Below, one piece after another: positions 20,501-29,200 of a stretch of DNA of 64,000 bases (the first letter of the stretch is position 1; each line of letters opens with the position of its first letter). The translations under genes were made by a program, and so were the position numbers. The notes beneath the pieces were generated by a model, which was given only the letters and a program-made list of their open reading frames with translations, was not told where the DNA came from and made no database searches. The DNA is from a virus, in IMG/VR virus record IMGVR_UViG_3300025860_000003, positions 69,056 to 133,055 of that record; one strand, given 5' to 3'.

Positions 20501-20747
20501 CATATCTTCCAGCTTCTAATGAAGAAGTGACAGACCGTGCCAACTCAATTGTGACCTCACCAGAAGTGCGCAACCCAAACCCTGCGGTAAATGGGGTTGC
20601 TGTTGAAGAATCATATGTTTTTCGGATCTGTCCCGCAACTGTGTATCCGCTTAGATCGATGATAGATCCTGTCGATGTTTTCGCGATAATAGTTTCGGAG
20701 AAATCCGTACCTTGATCGACCTGTATGTTGAGCTTTTGAACTGACAT
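17529..20747 (-). CDS. tail fibre protein
   Basis: N-terminal NIQVDQGTDF...IDLSGY...GRYVYDVEI attachment domain. VTGDLTVNGT..INSTTLSVDDKNI and DGGGITLKG..DKTLNW fibre motifs. Internal repeats. Confidence 0.85.
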   Translation of the reverse strand: MSVQKLNIQVDQGTDFSETIIAKTSTGSIIDLSGYTVAGQIRKTYDSSTATPFTAGFGLRTSGEVTIELARSVTSSLEAGRYVYDVEITSGADKRTRLVQGQVTVTQEVTRAGAIDYIDEVNITNPVDGSLLVYDNATSKWIDDATIKRVDTDNVLITADVDVAGTVEADGFSGTGALTITDFIDDDSFGTATATNVPTSQSVKAYVDATSSISSLNDTSIASPVAGQFLIYDGTDTWDNKSITGDVTFTAGGVSSISSDSIINADIKSDAAISISKTALIAGTGIDLDTNTISLSDGAALSNLTGGSSTTTFLRNDGAWSTPVDTTYTSGTGLTLDGTEFSLSTGASLTNLGGDGTDYSGLDPETTDKPLFHTFLRKDGGWHSVKQYSGGTGINVIASSNVALNDTITLGINAALTNLGGASGDDESLLLAKDGSWVAPSDNNTEYTAGTGLDLNTTVFSLSTGAAFANLGGAAGEDPELVLNKAGFWTRPPTYILANTGLTFVANTTAETADHASFAVNASLTHLTTVGSSATSTEFAGESINVNVVQAAQSNIINGASPYLNFFNSKTIASGLTTSSTEFTGVIPFYGVAIDTDNSNVESYKPSGRIFSKFTNCTESAIAGQMVFEVTKAGATNWSIDTPNPKNVMVLEPGTVTIGVGGTENALDLTDLAVNGDASVSGDLVVTGDLTVNGTETVINSTTLSVDDKNIVLGSVATPTDTTADGGGITLKGTTDKTLNWVDSTDSWTSSEHLELASAKTFRINANEVLNQTTLGSTVLASSLTSVGTIGTGVWNGTAITDTYISSADTWNAKQAPLSFGIADTNSLVADGTPVSGEFAQFTSEGLVSRTDAQVLSDIGAQGALTFGKASGNALKSEEALVTNDVLLMGTTNVKGRTYAELKSDLSLDNVENSAISTFAGSSNIVTTGALNSGSITSGFTSIDIGTGALTAGAITGDSFQGSQLALIIGSGTVASINKATHSGRKLVYNGATASAWTLDDCPAADVGVTYTLVNAGTSTVTISRNTNSVFSRLVLGASPLTAASIAIQKGGIIEIVCTAENVYSCFGSGIQ
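19275..19905 (-). repeat. about four degenerate protein repeats (GTGL.L....SLS.GA.L.NLGG...L..DG.W)
   Basis: Visible in the translation. DNA motif ccaccaaggtttg recurs. Boundaries approximate. Confidence 0.7.
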
Positions 20748-23700
20748 CTATTTGTTTCCTAGTTCTTCGATCATTTTTCTGAGTTCTTGATTTTCTTCTT
20801 TCAGTTCTTTTATCGCCTCAATGAATAGGGCAGATAACTGAGCATAATCAACTGTCTTATATTCTGTGGCGTTCACAATGTCATCGCCCGCTCGTGTTGT
20901 TACAGCTGACGGTAAGACTTTTTCTAAACTCTGCGCTATAACACCAGCACTGTCTTTACCACCATTGGTGTAGTTGAATGTTACACCATCAAGCGATTGC
21001 AACTTTTCAACTGCGTTATCAACAACTTCTATATTTTCTTTCAATCTCTCATCAGAAACAGAAGCACCACCAAAGGCGATAATATCACCCTTAACTGCAA
21101 AATCACCAGCGGTGTTCAACGAACCCACTAGGCTGCTGCTGACGTAATGGAGAAGACCAGATGTCGAATGTGCAGTAAAGGTGCTGGAGTTGCCGTTATA
21201 GGCTAACGCGGTGGAAGCAACTCTTTGGTCTGCAAGATTGATTGTGGAAATGTTCGTGGTAGATATCTGAAGCCCACTAGACGAAGCCAAGAAGCCAAAC
21301 CCATTAGTAGATTCATCCCAGAATACAATTCTATCAGCATTAGGGTCTGCTAACGAAAGAAGTCCTGGAGCACCTTTAGTGCCTTTCATGCCCTTAGAGC
21401 CTTTAGCGCCTCCAGCGCCTTTAGTGCCTTTCATGCCCTTAGTGCCTTTAGCGCCTTTAGTGCCTTTAGCCCCTTTAGTGCCTTTAACGCCTTCAGCACC
21501 TTTAGTGCCTTTAGCCCCTTTAGTGCCTTTAGCCCCTTTAGTGCCTTCAGCACCTTTAGTGCCTTTAGCCCCTTTAGTGCCTTTAACGCCTTTCTGACCT
21601 AAATCGCCAGTACGGGCGAATGTCACGATAACATCTTCATCAGCACTGAACGAAGTCGCCGAGCCAGCTACATGTGCGCAGTTTACTGTGAAGTGGGCAG
21701 CGTTTTCATTAATGCCAGTAATTGTGAAGATAGCAAAATCAGAAGCATCTTGTTTATTTGAAATTCTAAAATGACCTTTTAAGGCAGAAGTAGAATCGTC
21801 AATAGTTCGTAAGAATGATTGTATGTCTGTGCTATTGTCATCTGAATCAGCAATAAACATTTTGTTTGCATCTGCTGGTGTCGAATTATTTAACCTTAGC
21901 CCGCCTGTTCCTGGATCCGCATTACCAGTAGCAGTTTTGAAAGTGTAGTCAAAAGTAGCACCGCCAAAGTTTCCTTCACTACCTTTAGCGCCTTCAGCAC
22001 CTTTAGTGCCTTTCATGCCCTTAGTGCCTTTCATGCCCTTAGAGCCTTTAGCGCCTTTGTCACCTTTAAGACCTGTGCTATCACCAGCCCATTTACCATC
22101 ACCTTTGATAACTTCGGTGTTACCCATATGCAGTGGTTGGAACAGTTTTACTTTGTCTTGGATGACCGACATTACAGCGGTTGAGGCAACCTGCTGATCA
22201 CCAGTACTACCACTCGTCAACTCGAAGTCCATTGAGGCATTGGTGCCCTCATCAGCATCAACATTAACGCTGATCCGCGCAGAGTTACCCTTTACACCCT
22301 CAGTGCCACCAGCCGTTTTATCTGGTGTTCTCGATCTGTGGTTGAATGTTACATTCGCATTACCGCCACCATCATTTGCGGTTAGTGCAATACCACCACT
22401 ACCAAACCCAGCTTCAATGTATCCTGAAGTAGATATGTTATCGGATATGCCAGATACCGCACCTGTCGCACCTTTAGTGCCTTTAGCGCCTTTAGCGCCT
22501 TTATCGCCTCCAGCGCCTTTAGTACCTTTAGCGCCTTTAGTGCCTTTCATGCCCTTAGAGCCTTTAGCGCCTTTGTCACCTTTAGCGCCTTCGCCCACAA
22601 GTATAACTGCAGCAGACCATGTCACAGTAGTATCAGTTGCAGTTCCTTCAGCACTAAATGTGCCAGTACTGACATATAGATCTGATCCAGCTACTGGAGC
22701 AGGGATTGTAGCAGACCAACCATTAGGTGCAGTTAGGGTATCATTAGCGAAGTTATATGAGCCGTCATCTGCAGTTGGTGTAGCCAACGCAGTAGCACTA
22801 CGCTTGTAGACCTTAGCAACAATAACACTTACACCTTGAACACCACCAGCCCCTTTAGTGCCTTTAGCGCCCTTAGTACCTTTAGCCCCTTTAGTGCCTT
22901 TAGCGCCCTTAGTGCCTTTAGCGCCCTTAGTACCTTTAGCCCCTTTAGTGCCCTGTAGAGCTGCGTTTGTGATTGTGGCTTTCTTGAGCTTACCTGTATC
23001 AGAAGCGTCTAGCACTAGAAGATAATCGCCGCCAACTACGCTATTTGTGAGATCAGTCCTGTCTGCAATAGTTCTGCCATTATCAGTTAGGATTTCGTCA
23101 TAGTTGGTTCCGTCAACCGTTAGATCCCAAAGACCGCTATCACCACCCTCCTTCCATCGAATATCAACATCGGCTTGCGCACCACGATTGACCTGTAAAC
23201 CAGCATCTTCAGTGGGGGTGTCACCAGCCGCAACATCACTATTCAGAGTGATCTGATTATCAGCAACATCTAAAGTTTCAGTATTGATTGTTGTTGTAGT
23301 GCCTGATACAGTAAGATTGCCAGCTACTGTCATATTCGTAGTTTGGACATCACTGAATCTTTTAGTTGAAGATCCGAGAGCAACAGAGTCATCCGTTTTA
23401 GGAATGATGCTTGATGCTAAAGAACCAGTAACTGTGATGTCGTCGCCAGTGCCATCACCAAGAGAAACAGCACCATCAAGAGATGTCGCCCCAGTGACAG
23501 TAAGCGAACCAAGCGAACTTGATGCGGTGGTAGATACCCCACCTGGAACATTTAGTTGGTTGTGGAATGTTGTATTCGCCCAAACAGTCATTGACGTGAT
23601 ATCGCCAGCAACGTATGCAGCCCTAAGTGCTGCATCTTGGGTAGCAGGATTAGCATCTGCATAATCAGCAGGATCATATACCACACCAAGAGTGATGTTG

Positions 23701-25970
23701 CTATTTGCACTCAGCGTACCATGAACATTAACGTCACTGCCCTTAATCCCTATGGTAGCATCAGCACCAAGAGTGACGTCGCCATCAACATTTAAGGTTC
23801 CGTCTAAGTCTGTATTGCCTTTAACTCCAAGCGTGTTAGACAATGTTGTTGCGCCTGTAACACCAAGAGTAGAACTTATTGCAGTCGCACCACCAGCAGT
23901 CAGAGTTGTGACCTCTGTCGCACCAGCAGTCAGAGCAGCGTCTAAGACTGTTGCACCTTTAACGCCTAGAGTTCCAATAACAGTAGCAGCACCAGATTGT
24001 AACGTTTCAAGAGTTGTGGCACCATCGACATTCAACGTACTGTCTATATCAACACCACCTTTAACCCCAAGCGCACCAATAACAGTAGCAGCACCAGATT
24101 GTAAGGTACTGTCTAGGACAGTTGCACCTTTGACACCCAACGCACCAATGACTGTAGCAGCACCAGATTGTAACGTTTCAAGAGTTGTAGCTCCATCAAC
24201 ATTCAGCGTACCATCTAAGTCTGTATTACCTTTGACACCCAACGCACCAATAACAGTAGCAGCACCAGATTGTAAGGTACTGTCTAGGACAGTTACACCT
24301 TTGACACCCAACGCACCAATAACAGTAGCTGCGCCAGATTGTAACGTTTCAAGAGTTGTGGCACCATCGACATTTAAGGTTCCGTCTAAGTCTGTATTGC
24401 CTTTAACTCCAAGCGCACCAATAACAGTAGCTGCGCCAGATTGTAAGGTACTGTCTACAACAGCAGCACCTTTGACACCTAATGCGCCGATAACAGTAGC
24501 TGCGCCAGATTGTAAGGTACTGTCTAAGACTGTTGCACCCTTAACTCCAAGCGCACCAATGACTGTAGCAGCACCAGATTGTAATGTTTCGAGAGTTGTG
24601 GCACCGTCAACATTTAAAGTTCCGTCTATATCAGCAGCGCCCTTAACTCCAAGCGCACCAATGACTGTAGCAGCACCAGATTGTAAGGTACTGTCTAAGA
24701 CTGTTGCACCCTTAACTCCAAGCGCACCGATAACAGTAGCTGCACCAGATTGTAAGGTACTGTCTAAGACTGTCGCACCCTTAACTCCAAGCGCACCGAT
24801 AACAGTAGCTGCACCAGATTGTAATGTTTCGAGAGTTGTGGCACCATCAACATTCAATGTACCATCTAAGTCTGTATTACCTTTAACGCCTAATGCACCA
24901 ATGACTGTGGCGGCACCAGATTGTAATGTACTATCTAAAGTCGTAGCACCTTTAACGCCTAGAGTTCCAGTAACAGTTGTATTCTTAGCGTCTAACGCTT
25001 CAAGAGTTGTGGCACCATCGACATTCAACGTACTGTCTATATCAGCAGCGCCTTTAACGCCTAGAGTTCCAGTAACAGTTGTATTCTTAGCGTCTAACGC
25101 TTCTAGTGTTGAATCACCATCAACATTCAATGTGCCATCTAAGTCTGTATTACCTTTAACACCTAGAGTGCCAGTGATTGTAGCATCACCAGAACCTAGC
25201 GTTCCTGTGAAATTAGCATTGCCGTTTGAGTCAATAGTCGCAACAACAGCATCATCTGAGTCTACGATAACCAATTGTGATTGACCAGCAGCATCAACTA
25301 ATTTTAAGTATAGGTCTGAATTACCAAGAGTCGAATCACCAGCAAGGTATATCGCAGCAATATCGTTGTTCCCACCTTCACCGCCAGTACCGCCAGAGAA
25401 TAGTAAGTGTGGTGAATTGCCATCAGCACGGAATGTAGTGTTACCGCCAGCCATTGTTAAGTCGCTGTTGTTCACTTCATAGGCATGGTCGCCTTGTAAG
25501 TCTCTTAATTTGAAGTCTTGATATTGTAGTTCGTCGGTTGTTCCACCTTCTTTTATTACAAGAACCTGACCAGAAGCACCGCCACCCAAGCGAATCCTAC
25601 TCACATCGCCAAGATCGACTTGCTCTGTACCAGTAGTGTTGAATGTCACATTTGCGTTGAACACAGTATTAGCGTCAACAGTGAACAACTCAACTCCAGC
25701 GCCAGTTATATGTGTGTTGGATTCTATAAGAAGCGTTCCACCATTATCACCAACTGTGTCGCCGCTTTTCAGTTTATCAGTTCTCAGCGTTGTAGAAGAG
25801 AACGTCCCCTCAACATGACCGTCTCCAGTAACTGAGCCGCCCCTATTAGCACCACCTGCTCTCGCTACGGTGACAACATTGTTGCTTATAATCGTAGAGA
25901 TGAAGTTGGTGTTTAATCTCCAAGTATTAAAGCTATCGCTCAGTTGGGTATTTGATACAGGTACTGTCAT
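20748..25970 (-). CDS. long tail fibre with Gly-X-Lys collagen-like tracts and C-terminal intramolecular chaperone (peptidase S74-like)
   Basis: N-terminal SDSFNTWRLNTN. LGVKG repeats. Four (GXK)n tracts. C-terminal SDERLKENI...GVTF...GVIAQ...VDY...IEAIKEL. Confidence 0.92.
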   Translation of the reverse strand: MTVPVSNTQLSDSFNTWRLNTNFISTIISNNVVTVARAGGANRGGSVTGDGHVEGTFSSTTLRTDKLKSGDTVGDNGGTLLIESNTHITGAGVELFTVDANTVFNANVTFNTTGTEQVDLGDVSRIRLGGGASGQVLVIKEGGTTDELQYQDFKLRDLQGDHAYEVNNSDLTMAGGNTTFRADGNSPHLLFSGGTGGEGGNNDIAAIYLAGDSTLGNSDLYLKLVDAAGQSQLVIVDSDDAVVATIDSNGNANFTGTLGSGDATITGTLGVKGNTDLDGTLNVDGDSTLEALDAKNTTVTGTLGVKGAADIDSTLNVDGATTLEALDAKNTTVTGTLGVKGATTLDSTLQSGAATVIGALGVKGNTDLDGTLNVDGATTLETLQSGAATVIGALGVKGATVLDSTLQSGAATVIGALGVKGATVLDSTLQSGAATVIGALGVKGAADIDGTLNVDGATTLETLQSGAATVIGALGVKGATVLDSTLQSGAATVIGALGVKGAAVVDSTLQSGAATVIGALGVKGNTDLDGTLNVDGATTLETLQSGAATVIGALGVKGVTVLDSTLQSGAATVIGALGVKGNTDLDGTLNVDGATTLETLQSGAATVIGALGVKGATVLDSTLQSGAATVIGALGVKGGVDIDSTLNVDGATTLETLQSGAATVIGTLGVKGATVLDAALTAGATEVTTLTAGGATAISSTLGVTGATTLSNTLGVKGNTDLDGTLNVDGDVTLGADATIGIKGSDVNVHGTLSANSNITLGVVYDPADYADANPATQDAALRAAYVAGDITSMTVWANTTFHNQLNVPGGVSTTASSSLGSLTVTGATSLDGAVSLGDGTGDDITVTGSLASSIIPKTDDSVALGSSTKRFSDVQTTNMTVAGNLTVSGTTTTINTETLDVADNQITLNSDVAAGDTPTEDAGLQVNRGAQADVDIRWKEGGDSGLWDLTVDGTNYDEILTDNGRTIADRTDLTNSVVGGDYLLVLDASDTGKLKKATITNAALQGTKGAKGTKGAKGTKGAKGTKGAKGTKGAKGTKGAGGVQGVSVIVAKVYKRSATALATPTADDGSYNFANDTLTAPNGWSATIPAPVAGSDLYVSTGTFSAEGTATDTTVTWSAAVILVGEGAKGDKGAKGSKGMKGTKGAKGTKGAGGDKGAKGAKGTKGATGAVSGISDNISTSGYIEAGFGSGGIALTANDGGGNANVTFNHRSRTPDKTAGGTEGVKGNSARISVNVDADEGTNASMDFELTSGSTGDQQVASTAVMSVIQDKVKLFQPLHMGNTEVIKGDGKWAGDSTGLKGDKGAKGSKGMKGTKGMKGTKGAEGAKGSEGNFGGATFDYTFKTATGNADPGTGGLRLNNSTPADANKMFIADSDDNSTDIQSFLRTIDDSTSALKGHFRISNKQDASDFAIFTITGINENAAHFTVNCAHVAGSATSFSADEDVIVTFARTGDLGQKGVKGTKGAKGTKGAEGTKGAKGTKGAKGTKGAEGVKGTKGAKGTKGAKGTKGMKGTKGAGGAKGSKGMKGTKGAPGLLSLADPNADRIVFWDESTNGFGFLASSSGLQISTTNISTINLADQRVASTALAYNGNSSTFTAHSTSGLLHYVSSSLVGSLNTAGDFAVKGDIIAFGGASVSDERLKENIEVVDNAVEKLQSLDGVTFNYTNGGKDSAGVIAQSLEKVLPSAVTTRAGDDIVNATEYKTVDYAQLSALFIEAIKELKEENQELRKMIEELGNK
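21363..22955 (-). repeat. four collagen-like 9-bp triplet tracts (approx. 21363-21609, 21970-22073, 22458-22590, 22833-22953)
   Basis: Tandem gcctttagt/gcctttagc units encoding GTK, GAK, GMK and GSK. Confidence 0.92.
23790..25190 (-). repeat. tandem 23-aa and 34-aa (69/102 bp) coding repeats with 16 LGVKG motifs
   Basis: Units TLQSGAATVIGALGVKGATVLDS and ...LGVKGNTDLDGTLNVDGATTLE. Confidence 0.92.
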
Positions 25971-26063
25971 TTGAAATTCTCTATTCTCTTATAGTGAGGG
26001 ACTAGTATTATTTATTAGAATTGATTGAGTCGTTTTCAGATATTTGTCGTATCAATTCAATCT

Positions 26064-26285
26064 CTATTGTCTGTTATTTATTAGAACTTGCAGCATAGTT
26101 TTTATATCTTGCATATCACTTTTGAGACTTTCTATCTCGTCTGTCACGCGCTTGTCTTTTGCGTTTCTAACTATCTTCTCTTCATATGCTCTATTCGAAG
26201 AAACGTCATTGCAAAAGATCGCCCCAGACTCAACATCAAATGTCAAGTCAGGACGACCTCTAACAGAAACTACTTTCGATTGCAC
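26064..26285 (-). CDS. small coiled-coil hypothetical protein
   Basis: GAI..N....Y...EIESLKSDMQDIKTML pattern typical of the ORF following DUF4815 genes in T4-like phages. Confidence 0.75.
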   Translation of the reverse strand: MQSKVVSVRGRPDLTFDVESGAIFCNDVSSNRAYEEKIVRNAKDKRVTDEIESLKSDMQDIKTMLQVLINNRQ

Positions 26286-29200
26286 TATACAGGTCTCTTA
26301 TGCGTTACACTAGTCAAGTTGTGTATTGAAGGAGTGTAATCTCTACCCTTACCATCAGGGCGAGTCAAAACAATCTTGTATTGGATATAATCAATACCAG
26401 AATATCTAGAACCATCCTTTGACTCATACGCAATAATCTTAGTATCATCAGTGTTCTCGAACAACTTATTGGTAGTGGCAAACCCAGTAGCGGCAGTCGT
26501 AGAGAAAAGTCTGAACAATTTAGTGGTGCTTGAAGTGGAGTCGCCAAGCGTTGATTGTTCAGCAGGTCTTGTGTAATAATCCTCACATTGGGTGAAGATC
26601 TTATCCTCGATAGGCTCAGGGTCATTTTCATTCCTAGCTCTAACATACACAGTAACACCACCCTCTTTCGGCATATATCCTCTAACAGCAAAGAAGAATT
26701 TCTCGCCAGCACCACCTTCAGGTCGACTAGCAGGAACAACCTGTGATATATATCGAGCAGAAGCGTCACCTGCAGGAAACTGCTCATTTCCAGGAGTAGC
26801 ACTAATTCTTTCTTGCTCAACACTCACCGATGCATCGTTTATATCGACTGTTGGACCAACGCGAATGTCAGTGGTTGTCATAGTACCTTTAATGAGTAAT
26901 GACTTTGTATCTCTGTTTGATGCGCTATAGATTCTTTTCTGATCTTTAGCGAAAACAACCCTTTTGTTCGGCTGGACAGAGGAGAATGCAGTATCAGTAA
27001 CGCCAGCCAAAGAAGTGGTTTTCATCTGCCAATCAATCTTAGTGAATTTTGGTGTGAATATTGGAGCATTTATCGTAATAGCATCAATATCAATATTCGC
27101 AACCTCAGTGATTAATGCACCTGCGCCTCTTTCTTGTCCGCGAATATACTCAGTCGCACCAAACCCATGAGATGTAGAGCCTGTTGAATCGGAAAGACGT
27201 ATTCTGCCATAATCGGTATTAAGAAACGACACTTTACCTTGTACAGTATTTGCCGTAAATGCAGACGCCACACCTATATTAACATTGTTTCTAAACAACG
27301 TGCTGTGGGTATTTGCTGTTGAAGTAGGGAAGTTACCAAACGCATCAATCTGAACAATAGTTGATGTGGTGGAAGGTTCAGAAACCACTGACCTCACAGT
27401 TCCGTCTGCCCATGTAGTTGTGTCAGTGTTTGTGTTGATGAAAGCGTCATAATCAGGCACATTCTTAGCAACCTTACTCTTCAATGCATCACCCGCCACA
27501 ATTGTTACAGCAGCGTCATGTGTTATTGTCATCAAGCATGTTCCACGAACGATCTCATCTGTTTGGAATCCCGTGGTTGCTGTCGATGGACCAAATGGAG
27601 TTATGGCATTCACATTCAAGAACTCGGTGTCTGAATTATCTAACTCAAACGTTGCCACTGCTGACTTGGTGAAAGAATTTTGTCGTATGTCAAACTTCAA
27701 TGCCTCATTCGGCAGTTTTGCCCAGTTATTTCCTGTAGCAGAAGAAAATAGATCACCAAGTCCAGGAACACCATACGCAGACTTATTGGTAACAACATCT
27801 GGTTGGTTTCTTACGCCTGTCCAAAGCTCATATTCATCTTTGGAATCAGTAGGAATGACAGTAAACGCATAAGCCTTTCCTGATGTCAAGAAAGGTCTTT
27901 CGTCAAAATCAAACTCTACAGGAGTAGCATTCGTCACTGTGCTTGCCGCTGCAGCGATCTCTGCTTGTGAGATAGGTTGAGATTGCGAGACTAATACGTT
28001 AGTCGGACCACCTGCTCGGTCAACTTCCCTAATCTGCAACAGAACCGACGATGATGTATCAGACGATGCCTTTGCAAAGAATAGTCTGATGTGATGGCAG
28101 AATACGCCATCAATCTTGCTTGACGGAACAATAAACACTTGTGATAGAAAATCAGGAAGTTCTTGTGGAATCTCTTTGATACTGACATTCGTCTGTGTTT
28201 TATCGGCAGACAGTTCTGAGAGAACAAGGTTTGTTATGTTCTTCTGTACGCTTTTCGGATCGAGTCCTCTTGATCTCTTAGATGGCGCAAGGTAATATTG
28301 TCCACATCGAGTTGTCGAGCCATTCTTACCAGAACTAATGCCGCTCACTATAGGCGGCTGCACATCACTAACTTCTAGTAAATGCTTCAGTCCTCTGAAT
28401 TTCATGGTGCTGTCGTTTGGTAAAAAGAACTCGAAGGTCAACTTGCCTGTCGAATCAGTCATCAGGTAAGACTTGCCTTTCTTCTGACCAGCCAGCTTGG
28501 TGTATTTTGTAACATCACGCCCATCAAACCTTGGCCATACCTTGGTCGACGGCTTCAGACCAGTACATGTAACAGTGATGGGTTTATGCGCAGCTATCAC
28601 ATAGTCGTTAGCAGAACGTGATCGGCTGATGCCTGAAAGGTCTGAAAACTCAGCCAGCCCAGTGTAATCAATGCCAGCTTTTTTATAATCACTCAACATC
28701 CTCGTCAATGTGTTGCTATTCACGCTAGATGGGGTTTGTGTGATATGGCATATACTATGAGACAAGGTCATTCTGCCATTGAACACTTGAATGGGTGTAG
28801 TTGTCTTTTCGATAATCGGCAAACGCTTTGTGCCGAATACTTGAGACAACATAGACTTATGGAAGTTTTGTCTGAAGAGTCTTTTGAATATACTTCCTTG
28901 ACGGACATTGGACAAAGAACCAGCCCTAACCTCCAAGTCAATATCTTTCATCTTCGGAATCGGTCGAATAGGTGAACTTTCCGAGATAAAATCGCCAGAA
29001 CGCAAGGTGTTGTAATATCTTTCGACTGGTTTTGGATTAACAATAACAACTTCTTTAGGTGGTTCAACAGCGTCAGCTGCATCATCAACCCGCAATACTG
29101 ATATTTTTAGTGCTTCAATATCAAGTTTGTTAATTTCAACTTGTTCTTTTGTTTTTTCTAGATCACCGTCCATCTCACGAAGATCTTCCATAGTATATCT

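Noticed and set aside
21379-22809. Pro-rich PLAPLVP plus-strand ORFs
   Set aside because: Reverse-complement reading of the GXK codons.
23790-25190. CRISPR-like or DGR-like repeat array
   Set aside because: Units are in-frame multiples of 3 with synonymous variation, no unique spacers and no adenine-specific pattern; no cas or reverse transcriptase gene in the window.
23752-25284. 510-aa plus-strand ORF
   Set aside because: Antisense shadow of the repetitive fibre gene; no independent signals.
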